A stretch of DNA of 64,000 nucleotides from Candidatus Bathyarchaeota archaeon (lineage in GTDB: Archaea; Thermoproteota; Bathyarchaeia; Bathyarchaeales; Bathycorpusculaceae), in assembly GCA_963739305.1 (NCBI GenBank), contig CAVTZU010000009.1, positions 1-64,000 of the forward strand, read 5' to 3'. The notes under the pieces were generated by a model. It did no database searches. It worked only from the letters and a program-made list of their open reading frames with translations, and had not been told where the DNA came from. This document shows positions 42,973-53,440 of this stretch, in pieces; the stretch's first letter is position 1, and every line of letters starts with the position of its first letter. A program made the position numbers and the translations under genes.

Positions 42973-43713
42973 ATGAAAAAGAACGAAGAAAACATGCTTT
43001 CAACAGGCATAGCCCAGTTGGATCAACTATTGGAGGGCGGGCTTTTCCTAGGCGAAAACGTCGTGTGGGAAGTGGAATCCGCAACTTTTGCAAGAGAATT
43101 TCTCTACAATTTCATGAGACAGGGCATCAAGGAGGGAAATCAAGTTCTCTATCTGGATTTTATTTACCCTCCACAAGCGCTTATGCTGCAATTAAGAAAC
43201 TTGATCACGACTCTTCCCAAAGGATGGGAAAGCAAATTCCTCGTGCTAGACTGCTTCTCAGAATCCTCAGGCCAAGGTGAACTTGTATTTGTTGATTTCT
43301 ACGACAAGGCACCTTCTTGGATCAGAAAGGTTCCAAGCTCAAAAGACCCTGAACAATTTCACAGGTTCTTCGGCAGAATTGAAAGAGAATTCGTATCCCC
43401 CGGAACAAGACTGGTTTTCAACAGTCTATCACTAATGGAGCACGTTTGGGGAAACGAGGCAGTGAAGACTTTCTTCAGTCACGTATGCCCTGCGTTGTAT
43501 GCGTATCAAACCTTGGCCTACTGGACAATAGCCAAGAATGCGCATCCAAAAGAATTCTGCGCCCTTATCGAACACATAACGCAAGTCGTGATCGACCTAA
43601 ATAGAGAAGGCGAAAAAAGATTTCTGGAAGTCAAGAAAGCTGGCGGGAGATATTCCCAGCAAACCTATCAACGCCATGAATATTCAGTTGACGGGCTGAA
43701 AATCAGACTCTAG
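42973..43713 (+). CDS. RecA/KaiC (RAD55)-fold protein with degenerate Walker A
   Basis: LSTGIAQLDQLLEGGL..GENVVW, LVLDCFS, LVFNSLS, IEHITQVVIDL..LEVKK. Confidence 0.78.
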   Translation: MKKNEENMLSTGIAQLDQLLEGGLFLGENVVWEVESATFAREFLYNFMRQGIKEGNQVLYLDFIYPPQALMLQLRNLITTLPKGWESKFLVLDCFSESSGQGELVFVDFYDKAPSWIRKVPSSKDPEQFHRFFGRIEREFVSPGTRLVFNSLSLMEHVWGNEAVKTFFSHVCPALYAYQTLAYWTIAKNAHPKEFCALIEHITQVVIDLNREGEKRFLEVKKAGGRYSQQTYQRHEYSVDGLKIRL

Positions 43714-43734
43714 CAAAACCCTTTGAAATTCTCC

Positions 43735-43752
43735 ATGTTCATGAATGTTCAT
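43735..43752. promoter_or_regulatory. Tandem ATGTTCAT boxes (10-bp period) upstream of the glutamate-synthase-family gene
   Basis: ATGTTCAT at 43735 and 43745. Confidence 0.5.
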
Positions 43753-43839
43753 AGAACGTGATTCTGAGGTAAATACTTAAAAGTGCATTCAAAGTAATCA
43801 TCTACTTCCAAAAATTGGTAATGCTAAGGAGAGAAAAGA

Positions 43840-45447
43840 ATGACTGAACGTGTACAAAAGAACAGTTCGTACCTGAATGGAAAATCAACAACCGGGACCC
43901 AAACGCGAGTCAAAGACACGAGTCCAACAAGCGGAATGTGCCCAATATGCATTCGCGACTGCCCGTTTCTATGCGAAATAAGCCTTTCAGCCTTTAGAGG
44001 AAGAGAAGCTCTCTATCCTGAACCGGTTCAATTCGGCTACAGCACCGCAGGAGCCCTCAAAGACTTCGGACTTGACTGGTCAAACTTCAACATACAAGCG
44101 GGACTATTTGAAGCAGACGGCATCGAACCAAACTCAGACCTGACCATTTTCCCCAACGTCAACATCGAAACAAAAGTCGGAGGCATACCACTCAAAGTTC
44201 CAATTTTGAACGGTGCATTTGGTTCAACAGACGTAGCAAGGCTCAACTGGGAAGGGTTGGCAGTCGGCGCAGCAATCTCCGGCGCATCGGTAATTGTCGG
44301 GGAAAACGTCTGCGGCATGGACCCTGAAGCAACCATCACGAACGGAAAAGTCACGTCGTCAAAAGAACTCAAACGCAGAGTTGACCTGTACAGAAAATTC
44401 TGGGACGGAAAATACGGCGATATTGTCGTTCAGACCAACGTTGAAGATCAAAGACTAGGCGTCGACGTATATGCCATCTCGAAACTAGAAGTAAACGTCA
44501 TTGAAAGAAAATGGGGACAAGGAGCAAAAGCAATCGGCGGCGAAGTAAGAGTTAGGGACTTGGAAAAAGCCAAACTTCTCAAGAAAAGAGGCTACATTGT
44601 TATACCAGACCCAGAAGACCCATCAGTCCAAAATGCCTTCAAGGAAGGCGTCTTCAAATCCTTCGAGAGACACAGCAGAGTCGGAATTCCAAAGGAAAAG
44701 AGCTTCATCGAAGACATCGAGTGGCTCAGAAAACAAGGCGCGAAAAAAGTAACGTTGAAAACAGGAGCATACAGACCCTCAGCGGTCGCTTGGACAATGA
44801 AGATGGCCTCAGAAGCAAAAATTGACTACGTTTCATTCGACGGCGCAGCAGGCGGAACAGGTATGAGTCCTGTGCCTATGATGGATGAGATGAGTATTCC
44901 AACTGTCTACTTGGAAGCTATTGTCCTGAAGTGTGCACAACTACTGAAAAAGAAAGGACGCTACGTTCCAGACCTCATAATGGCAGGCGGGTTCATAGAG
45001 GAGACTTCGATATTCAAATCGATAGCCATGAGCAACTTTGGAGACGGACCATTCATAAAAGCCGTTTTGATGGGACGCTCGCCGATAACCGCAGCTTTCA
45101 AAGGAAGCTACTTCAAGCAGTTGTCAGATGAAGGCAAGTTGCCGAAAGCTTTTGCAGACAAATTCGGTTCAACACCGGACAAGTTCTTCATATCCGCACC
45201 TGAACTCAAGAAAAAGTATGGTGAACGCTTCAAAGAAATACCATGGGAAGCAGTCGGCGTCTACACGTACTTAACAGACAGAGTTGGCGTAGGACTCAGG
45301 CAGCTCTTGGCAGGCAACAGAAAATGGAAACTGAACCTTCTCAGCAGAAACGACCTGATGAGCCTCTCAGAGAGAGCTACAAAAGTCACAGGCATACCGA
45401 TGGCTGACGACTTCGAGAAAGACGCAGTCGAAAGGATCCTAGGTTAA
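43840..45447 (+). CDS. FMN-binding glutamate synthase family protein with N-terminal Cys cluster
   Basis: SGMCPICIRDCPFLCE, KWGQGAKAIGGE, LKTGAY, DGAAGGTGMSP, MAGG, MGR. Confidence 0.88.
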   Translation: MTERVQKNSSYLNGKSTTGTQTRVKDTSPTSGMCPICIRDCPFLCEISLSAFRGREALYPEPVQFGYSTAGALKDFGLDWSNFNIQAGLFEADGIEPNSDLTIFPNVNIETKVGGIPLKVPILNGAFGSTDVARLNWEGLAVGAAISGASVIVGENVCGMDPEATITNGKVTSSKELKRRVDLYRKFWDGKYGDIVVQTNVEDQRLGVDVYAISKLEVNVIERKWGQGAKAIGGEVRVRDLEKAKLLKKRGYIVIPDPEDPSVQNAFKEGVFKSFERHSRVGIPKEKSFIEDIEWLRKQGAKKVTLKTGAYRPSAVAWTMKMASEAKIDYVSFDGAAGGTGMSPVPMMDEMSIPTVYLEAIVLKCAQLLKKKGRYVPDLIMAGGFIEETSIFKSIAMSNFGDGPFIKAVLMGRSPITAAFKGSYFKQLSDEGKLPKAFADKFGSTPDKFFISAPELKKKYGERFKEIPWEAVGVYTYLTDRVGVGLRQLLAGNRKWKLNLLSRNDLMSLSERATKVTGIPMADDFEKDAVERILG

Positions 45448-45451
45448 CAAT

Positions 45452-45476
45452 CCTTTCTTTTTCTTTTCTTTTTTTG
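45452..45476 (+). terminator. Oligo-T archaeal terminator
   Basis: Pyrimidine/T tract immediately after the stop codon. Confidence 0.5.
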
Positions 45477-45540
45477 CAAAACACATAGTAAACTTTAAAT
45501 TTTCGATTCCAAGAGCGAAGCCTCTTTGGAGAAGATTAAC

Positions 45541-46791
45541 ATGGCAAAAGAACGAACACCATACGGTGTTGCACTTGAACAGCTGAGACTTGCTGCTGAG
45601 AAATTGCAACTTGACAAAGGAATACACGCGATGCTGCAGGTACCTAAGAGATCCCTCTTAGTCACCGTTTCAATAAAAATGGACAAGGGCAGAATTGGCG
45701 TTTTCCAAGGAATGAGAGTCCAACACATGGACGCAAGGGGACCGTTCAAGGGTGGCATAAGGTATCATCCAGGCGTGAACCTGGACGAGGTTACCGCGCT
45801 GTCAATGTGGATGACATGGAAATGCTCAGTAATGGATATTCCATACGGTGGAGCCAAGGGCGGCATCTGCTGCAACCCAAAAGAAATGTCCAGAAATGAA
45901 CTGGAGAACCTGACAAGACGTTACACTAGCATGATTTTCGACATCATCGGGCCATATCGCGACGTTCCAGCCCCGGATGTATATACGGATTCACAGACGA
46001 TGGCATGGATAATGGACACTTACAGTCAAAGACAGGGCTACAGTGTTCCAGAATGCGTCACGGGAAAACCTATCGCAATTGGCGGTTCAGAGGGCCGCAA
46101 CGAAGCGACCTCATTAGGAGCCGACATATGTGTCAGAGAAGCATGCAAACAACTGAACATGAAGTTCAAAGGATCAACAATCGCAGTTCAAGGCTTCGGC
46201 AACGTTGGATGGAACGCAGCAAAAATAGCCCACGATTGGGGCGCAAAGATCCTAGCAGTAAGCGACTCGATGGGCGGAATATACTCTAAGGAAGGACTGA
46301 ACCCATACAAGGTGTACGAACACAAACAGAAAACAGGATCAGTTGTGAACTTCAAAGGAACCGAGAACATAACAAATGAAGAAGTGCTTGGAACGAAATG
46401 CGACGTACTCATACCAGCAGCCCTGGAAAATTCAATTACAAAGAAAAACGTTGACCAAGTAAAGGCAAAAATAGTTTCCGAAGGCGCAAACGGACCGACC
46501 ACTCCGGAAGCAGACGCAATTCTCTACGAAAAGAAAGTAATGCTCATCCCCGACATCCTAGCAAACGCCGGCGGAGTCACAGTCAGCTACTATGAATGGG
46601 TTCAAAACTTGGAACGGGAACACTGGCCGCTAGAAGAAGTCAACAGCAAACTCGAAGTCAAAATGGTCAAAGCATTCAAAGACGTGTACACGTCGTCGAG
46701 GAAAGAAGAGTGCAACATGCGAATCGCAGCTCTAATGCTGGGCGTCGGCAGAGTTGCCGATGCAATCAAGACTTTAGGTCTCTGGCCATAG
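45541..46791 (+). CDS. gdhA: Glutamate dehydrogenase
   Basis: GPFKGGIRYHP, MTWK, YGGAKGG, DVPAPD, QGFGNVG, EGANGP, PDILANAGGVTVSY.EW. Confidence 0.94.
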   Translation: MAKERTPYGVALEQLRLAAEKLQLDKGIHAMLQVPKRSLLVTVSIKMDKGRIGVFQGMRVQHMDARGPFKGGIRYHPGVNLDEVTALSMWMTWKCSVMDIPYGGAKGGICCNPKEMSRNELENLTRRYTSMIFDIIGPYRDVPAPDVYTDSQTMAWIMDTYSQRQGYSVPECVTGKPIAIGGSEGRNEATSLGADICVREACKQLNMKFKGSTIAVQGFGNVGWNAAKIAHDWGAKILAVSDSMGGIYSKEGLNPYKVYEHKQKTGSVVNFKGTENITNEEVLGTKCDVLIPAALENSITKKNVDQVKAKIVSEGANGPTTPEADAILYEKKVMLIPDILANAGGVTVSYYEWVQNLEREHWPLEEVNSKLEVKMVKAFKDVYTSSRKEECNMRIAALMLGVGRVADAIKTLGLWP

Positions 46792-46944
46792 CCAGAAAAC
46801 CTCACTTCTTTTTTTGTTTTGAACAACCTGAACTAGATTGAAGCCCACAACTTTGTTTTCTTCTCTTGATCTAAACTTTTAAACTACTGTCCTTATATTT
46901 GCCTAGAGAATCGTTTCATCGTCCAGAGATAGAAGGGAGCAAGG

Positions 46945-47520
46945 ATGACCAGAACCGTCACTGCAAGAATTGAGAGTCTAGATTTCATTTTCGAAAACTC
47001 ACCTGCCAGAATCGTTGCAAACAGGAATAGCCCAGAGATCAAACTCGCTGGACTCTCTGTTGGCCCGTTCGAAGAAGGCAACGATTACGAAGTCTCTTAT
47101 TGGGTTGCCTTGGAACTGGCCAAATCGGGACTTGCTCATTTTCACGCAGAAGATCTGCTGGATGCTTCCAAGCTGAGCAAGATTCAATGGACCGAACGCG
47201 TTCAAACAGCAGGACAGATATCAAAATTGCCTGAAGGTTTCTACCCGAAACTCCGTCGGTATATTACCACACTTCGGGAAGGAATAGGCAACAACCCGGA
47301 AAAAATGAGGGAATATGAACGGGTCGATCAACTCACCAAAGACATCGTCAACTCAAGGTTGAAAAAGATCGTCTCAATCGCATCATCGCCAGCCCAGACA
47401 GAGAATACCTTGCGCAACCTCACAGGAGAGGAGAGGCTCCTGTATGAACAGCTTTTCAAGGTCATCAATAACTGGAAGACGCAGATATTGAACCATAAGG
47501 AGAGCCACTCAGATGGTTGA
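46945..47520 (+). CDS. GINS complex subunit (Gins23-type)
   Basis: W.A.EL...G, KLPEGFY, RLKKI, NLTGEER; overlaps the mcm start. Confidence 0.82.
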   Translation: MTRTVTARIESLDFIFENSPARIVANRNSPEIKLAGLSVGPFEEGNDYEVSYWVALELAKSGLAHFHAEDLLDASKLSKIQWTERVQTAGQISKLPEGFYPKLRRYITTLREGIGNNPEKMREYERVDQLTKDIVNSRLKKIVSIASSPAQTENTLRNLTGEERLLYEQLFKVINNWKTQILNHKESHSDG

Positions 47521-49550
47521 AGAAGTAGAAATCGCGGACCCACAAGAACGTTTTCAGAATTTCCTGAAGACCGAAGAGTACAGACGAAGACTTTCGCAGA
47601 TGGCGATGACCGGGAAAACATCTTTGACCGTTGAGTTCGAAGATCTTCTGGCCTTTGATCAAGCGCTCGCAGAGGAACTTCTAACTAAGCCTGACGAGTA
47701 CCTCAAACACGCAAACAGCGCAGCTTACGCGCAGCTTCAAATAGAAGATCCTGAGTACGCCGAGAAAACAGCGGCAGTGGACGTCAGAATTGTCAAACTT
47801 CTTGAACCCGCACCCTTGCGCAAGCTTGGTTCAGAGCACATCGGCAAGTTCGTCATGGTCGAAGGCATCGTCGTCCGTTCATCTCCTGTTCGCCCGATGG
47901 TCATGCAAGCCGCTTTCAAGTGCAAACGGTGTGGAACAATAACACCTGTTAACCAGACTGGCACCTTCATGAGAGCACCTTTCGTCTGCAGCGACCCTAA
48001 CTGCAGAAGCAAAGGACCTTACGAGTTTGTGCAGGAAGACTCAACATTCATAGACTCACAAGATCTACGCATTCAAGAAAGACCTGAAGATCTGCCTCCT
48101 GGACAACTGCCTAGAACCCTGAACATCAAGCTCATCGGCAGAGAGATCGTTGACATCGCCCGACCGGGCGACCACATTGCTTGCGTAGGTCCCATTCGCG
48201 CGTTGCCGCCCACGCTTCCCGGTGTAGGGAAGCTTCGGACTTTCATTCTCCACCTGGACGCCAACTCTATTGAAGTGTTGGGCAAAGAACCTGAGTCAGC
48301 CATGCCTTCACCTGAAGAGGAAGAAAGTATACTCGAGTTGGCGAAGGACCCTTGGGTTCACCGGAAAATCATAGCCTCGATTGCGCCGTCGATCTACGGC
48401 TATGACCACGTGAAGGAAGCAATAATGTACCTTCTCTTCGGCGGAGTGCCCAAAGCATTACCGGACATCGCGATCCGTGGCGAGATGAACGCCCTATTAG
48501 TGGGTGATCCTGGAACGGCGAAATCTCAACTGTTGCAGTATGTCGCCAGAATTGCCCCCCGTGGGTTGTACACGTCTGGGCGCGGTACCACGGCGGCTGG
48601 ATTGACTGCTGCAGTCATCAGGGAAAAAGGCGGTGGGATGAGCCTCGAAGCCGGTGCATTGGTCCTTGCTGACAAAGGAATCGCATGTATTGACGAAATG
48701 GATAAAATGCGTCCTGAGGACAGGGTGGCCATTCACGAAGCTATGGAGCAGCACACGGTTTCAGTTGCTAAAGGCGGCATCGTTGCAACCCTAAACGCCA
48801 GGACAGCAATACTCGCCGCGGCAAATCCTACGCTGGGAAGATATGAACCGCACCGAACAGTGGCAGAAAACATCTCATTGCCCGTAACGATACTTTCTAG
48901 GTTCGACTTGATTTTCGTTCTGAGGGACGTCCCAAACAAAGAGTCGGACTTGAAGATGTCAATGCACATCCTTGAGCTGCACAGAAAGGGGTCCAGTCCG
49001 GTCGAGCCGCCAATTGCTGTGGACTTGCTGCGGAAGTACATCAGCTACGCGAAAAGCGTGAAGCCCGTTTTGACTCAGGACGCACTGAAGAGGTTGAACG
49101 ACTTCTACTTGGCCATGCGCTCAGCGAGCGAAGTAGAAGGTTCACCTGTTGCAATTACAGCAAGACAACTTGAATCGCTTGTTCGCATATCCGAAGCCAG
49201 AGCACGATGTGCTCTGAGGAAGGAAGTTCTAGCTGAAGATGCTGAAGCCGCGATTGCGATAATGAAGCGATCACTGGAGGAAGTCGGCATTGACCTGTCC
49301 TCATACAAGTTCGACATCGACATAATCATGACGGGAAAGAGCAAGAGCACGCGCGATCGCTTGCAAGTAATTCTGGGTACTCTGATCGAAATGTCAAGGG
49401 ATACGGGCATGGTGGAGAAAGGTGTGCTTGAGGCTGAGCTTGAGGAAAAATCACAAGATTCCGACGTCAGAATCGAGTCGTCTGCTGGGACAGTTACTTC
49501 GTGAAGGAACCATCTATGAACCCAGGGAAGGTTACTTGAAAAAGACATGA
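47513..49550 (+). CDS. mcm: MCM replicative helicase; C-terminal winged helix shifted by an indel near 49450
   Basis: Zn finger CKRC..C, GDPGTAKSQ, IDEMDKM, SRFD, ITARQLE; shifted frame gives LLREGTIYEPREGYLKKT-stop at 49550. Confidence 0.95.
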
Positions 49551-49598
49551 GCTAACTAGCGGAAGCATTTCAGTCTTTTTAAGAGGAGAAATCTCAGT

Positions 49599-50663
49599 CT
49601 AGAGGAATAATCCAGCGAGCACCGCGAGTCCCAAAGCAAGCAATCCAGCTAGCAGAGCCATCAGCGCACCGAAGGCAAACGGCTTAGCCCCGAGTTTAGC
49701 TATGTCTCTGAATTTCACTTTCATCCCAACTCCTGCGAAGCACGTTGCAAGCAGAAAAGGAATTATCGTATCCTTGAGCGTGCCCTTGACTGTGACCCAG
49801 TCGAAACCGATCTTAAGTAATTGAGGAGCATAGATGTCGAGAAGCGCGCAGAAAACCGAGTTAACTATGAACAGGATGCCATAAACAGGAAGGACTGTTT
49901 TTGTCCGAACTTCACCGACGGCTGACTTATCTTTTCTCGAGAAGAGATACGTAGCAACCAGTATCATCGGGCCGATCATGAAAATTCGAACGGACTTGAC
50001 GAGCACTGCAGGTCCAATAGCGTCAGAGTTCAAAGCGCCAGCAGCTGCAATAACTTGGGATGCCTCATGAATTCCGGACCCGCACCAAATGCTGAATAAG
50101 TTTGCGTTGTGCTTCAGCCATGTTCCAACGATAGTGTTGATGAAAAGGTAGGGATAAGCAAACATCGCGACGAGACCAAAGAGCGTTATGCAGGCTAATG
50201 CAAGGCCTACTTCTTCCTCTCTGGCCTTTATTGCGGGCGCAGTTGCAGCTATTGCAGACGCTCCGCAGATCGCGGTTCCGACACCCACAAGAGTAGTCAG
50301 CGTCCTTTCAAGACCCATCTTCTTTCCCAACCAGGTGCCGAAGAAAAATGAAAACAAGACTACGACAAGCGCGTTCAGAATTCCAACTCCGACCTGCAGC
50401 CAGATTAGGGCGCTTGTGACGATGCCCAAGACGGCGATGACGGCTCTCAGAAGATCCTTTGAACAGAAATTTACTCCGATGCTGATGCTTTTCGGAAGGT
50501 TCGTCACGTTAGCTATAACGATGCTTATGATGAACGCCCACATCAGACTGCTTATCGGCTTGTAAAAAACGAAAAAGATGTAGGAAACAACTGCAACGGC
50601 GACGCAGAGAAGGATTCCGCGATAGAGAGTCTCTGACTGCGAATACGACTTATCGTCGCTCAT
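49599..50663 (-). CDS. YeiH/UPF0324 (putative sulfate exporter) family membrane protein
   Basis: GTAICGASAIAATAP, GSGIHEASQVIAA, VKSVR. Confidence 0.88.
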   Translation of the reverse strand: MSDDKSYSQSETLYRGILLCVAVAVVSYIFFVFYKPISSLMWAFIISIVIANVTNLPKSISIGVNFCSKDLLRAVIAVLGIVTSALIWLQVGVGILNALVVVLFSFFFGTWLGKKMGLERTLTTLVGVGTAICGASAIAATAPAIKAREEEVGLALACITLFGLVAMFAYPYLFINTIVGTWLKHNANLFSIWCGSGIHEASQVIAAAGALNSDAIGPAVLVKSVRIFMIGPMILVATYLFSRKDKSAVGEVRTKTVLPVYGILFIVNSVFCALLDIYAPQLLKIGFDWVTVKGTLKDTIIPFLLATCFAGVGMKVKFRDIAKLGAKPFAFGALMALLAGLLALGLAVLAGLFL

Positions 50664-50762
50664 TATGAATCACTTCTCCTCTGTCTCCTTTCAATATAAG
50701 CTGAACGCACTCAAGCAGAGAGCTACGAAAACGGTTATTACGGTTTTCAAGGACATGTTCCT

Positions 50763-51989
50763 TTGGTTGAGACATTGTTCACGCTTGACGTGGAATGCAG
50801 CAAATGCGGAGAAACCTTTCCCGCTGATAAACTCCTGACCGTGTGCACAAAATGCGGCGGCGCCCTCCTTTTTCGGTACGACCTGAAACGCGTGGCCAGC
50901 AAATTATCAAAGGATATTCTGGAAAGAAGGGACGACACCTTCTGGAAATTCATCGAGCTGCTTCCACTCGCATCCGTTCAAAGCGTCATTTCCTTAGGTG
51001 AGCCGTACACGCCGGTGCTTCACTTTCCCGAAGATGGCGTCACAACTCTGAAGAACGTGTACGTCAAGGATGACGGTCGCCTTCCGACTGCAAGCTTCAA
51101 GGCACGAGGAATGGCTGTTGCAGTCTCAAAACTCAAAGAGTTAGGGGTTAAACGAATTGCCGTTCCGTCCGCAGGAAACGCTGCATCAGCCCTAGCTGCC
51201 TACGGAGCACTAGCCCGAGTGGAAGTGTACGCCTTCATGCCTCAAGATGTTCCCGAATTAATACTCAAGGAATGTCTCTATTTAGGAGCTAAGACGTACC
51301 TCGTTAATGGATTGATCAATGATTGCGGCGAAATCGTCAAGAGGCTTCAGCCGAAATACGGGTGGTTCAACATTTCCACGAACAAGCAACCCTACAGAGT
51401 CGAAGGATACAAGGCAATCGCGTTTGAAATCGCAGAACAGTTCGATTGGAAACCGCCGGACACCATTATCTTCCCCACTGGAGGAGGCGAAGGAGTGATA
51501 GGCATATGGAAAGGCTTCAAAGAACTGATTCAGCTTGGTTGGGTGGAGAAAGCGCCTCGTTTGATAATCGTTCAAGCTGCTGGATGCGCTCCCCTCGTCA
51601 AGGCATTTGACAGCAACGAGCCTGAAGTGAAAGTGCCTTGGGAAAACGCGGAAACGATAGCAGCCGGTCTCAAAGTCCCTTATCCCTTCGCGAGTTATCT
51701 GATTTTCCGAGCCTTGAAAGAAACGAAGGGCACTGCGGTGGCGGTCGAAGATGATGAAATACTCGATTCCATGAAGACATTTTTGAAAATGGGAATTTAC
51801 GCGTGTCCAGAGGCAGCAGCGACTCTTTCAGGACTCAGGAAACTCGAAGACAGGGAAGAGTTTGATCGTGAAGAAACCGTACTGCTTTATCTGACTGGTA
51901 ACGCGATGAAGTACTTCGACGAAATGAAGATAGAAAGAGAGCGGGTGCCCGTGCTTGAACGAAGCGCGGATTCACTTGGCAATATGTGA
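50763..51989 (+). CDS. thrC: Threonine synthase family PLP enzyme
   Basis: CSKCG..CTKCG, LGE..TP, PTASFKARG, SAGNA, PYRVEG.K, PTGGG, CPE. Confidence 0.82.
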   Translation: MVETLFTLDVECSKCGETFPADKLLTVCTKCGGALLFRYDLKRVASKLSKDILERRDDTFWKFIELLPLASVQSVISLGEPYTPVLHFPEDGVTTLKNVYVKDDGRLPTASFKARGMAVAVSKLKELGVKRIAVPSAGNAASALAAYGALARVEVYAFMPQDVPELILKECLYLGAKTYLVNGLINDCGEIVKRLQPKYGWFNISTNKQPYRVEGYKAIAFEIAEQFDWKPPDTIIFPTGGGEGVIGIWKGFKELIQLGWVEKAPRLIIVQAAGCAPLVKAFDSNEPEVKVPWENAETIAAGLKVPYPFASYLIFRALKETKGTAVAVEDDEILDSMKTFLKMGIYACPEAAATLSGLRKLEDREEFDREETVLLYLTGNAMKYFDEMKIERERVPVLERSADSLGNM

Positions 51990-52047
51990 ACAAAGCCGTG
52001 AAGACTTTTCCTCGCAGTAAAGAGTTAGGGACAATGCCCTGTTGGGT

Positions 52048-53440
52048 TTAGGCGTAAAGGTATTTTTGTCTCTCCCAGGCTGTCACTTCGTTTTTGTCTT
52101 TTGTCTCATGCGGTTCGTATTCGAGCCATTCTTGTTTCTTGAGCTGCACGTATTTTTCGGCAGTGTCCTTGCCCAGCGTCTTGATGCAGATGTCGTCCCT
52201 TTGCCATTCCTCTAGAGCTTCTAGGAGTGTCGTGGGCAGGGTCTTGATGTTGGACTCTTTTCGTTGTTCATCGGTCATGTGGTAGATGTTGGATTCCACG
52301 GGGTCGCCTGGGTCGATCTTGTTTTTGAGGCCTTCCATTCCGGCTTCGAGCACCGCTGCATACGTGAGGTAAGGGTTGCAGAGCGGATCAGGGCAGCGAA
52401 ACTCTATACGAGCTTCCATCGGGCTTTCAGGTGAGAAGGCCGGTATGCGAACTAGGGCTGAACGGTTTCTTTTGCTCCACGCGATATAAACGGGGGCCTC
52501 GTAGCCGGGAACAAGTCGCTTGTAACTGTTAACTGTCGGAGCTATTACTGCACAGAGAGCCCGCGCGTGCTCAAGTATGCCACCTATGAAGTACCTGCAT
52601 TCCTGACTGACGTATGCGTAGCCTTCCGAGTCAAAAAACGGATTTTTGCCTTTCTTGGTGTCAGTCAGTCCGAGGTGTATGTGCATCCCGCTGCCAGCCT
52701 TACCGTGCCAGGGCTTGGGCATGAACGTTGCCGTCCACCCGTACTTCTTGTCGGCGACGCCCTTCGTGGCGAACTTGTACCGCATTATCTTGTCAGCCGT
52801 GGTCAGTGGATCAGAGTACTTGAATGTGATCTCGTTCTGGGCTGAGCCTACTTCGTGATGTTCGCGCTCCACCTGAATTCCCATTGTGTTAAGCGTGTTT
52901 GACAATTCCATGCGGTAGGACTCGGTCAAGTCTCTTCCAGGCGCAATGTCGAAGTAGCGCTGCTTGTCGATGAGATGGTTCTCGACGGGGACGACTTCGC
53001 CGTTCTGATCCTTCTGGACCAGGTAGAATTCGAGTTCGGCCGCCGCGGTTGACTCATACCTCCAGTGATCGGATTTTGTCCATTTCTCTTCGGAGGATGT
53101 ATCTGGGGTCGCCTTCAAACTGCGTTTTGTCTGGTCGTTTTATGTCACAGATGAAGCCGGCGACGCTTTTGTCGTAGAAATAGTAGGGGCAAACGATGAA
53201 GGTGGAGGCGTCGGGTTTCATTATCATGTCGCTTTGCTCTATGTTTACGCCACCGAGCATCGAGGATCCGTCGAACGTTACGCCGTCATATAGGGCATTC
53301 TTGGCTTCTTCGGCGGGTATTGTTCTTCCCTTCAGGTAGCCGAGAACGTCAGTAAAGTGTAGAAGGATGTAGTCAGCGTTTTTCGTAAGTCTGAGAGACG
53401 CATCGATGTCTTGTATAGGTTGAGGCTTGACGTATACCAT
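52048..53440 (-). CDS. glnA: Type I glutamine synthetase; frameshift near 53060
   Basis: FDGSS, ELEFY, HHEV..QNEI, TFMPKP, GSGMH, NSYKRLVPGYEAP, NRSALVRIP, RIEFR.PDP. Confidence 0.9.

Noticed and set aside
49440-53070. Programmed frameshifting or pseudogene status of mcm and glnA
   Set aside because: No shared slippery motif or stimulatory structure; same pattern as other scattered indels, so sequencing error is more parsimonious
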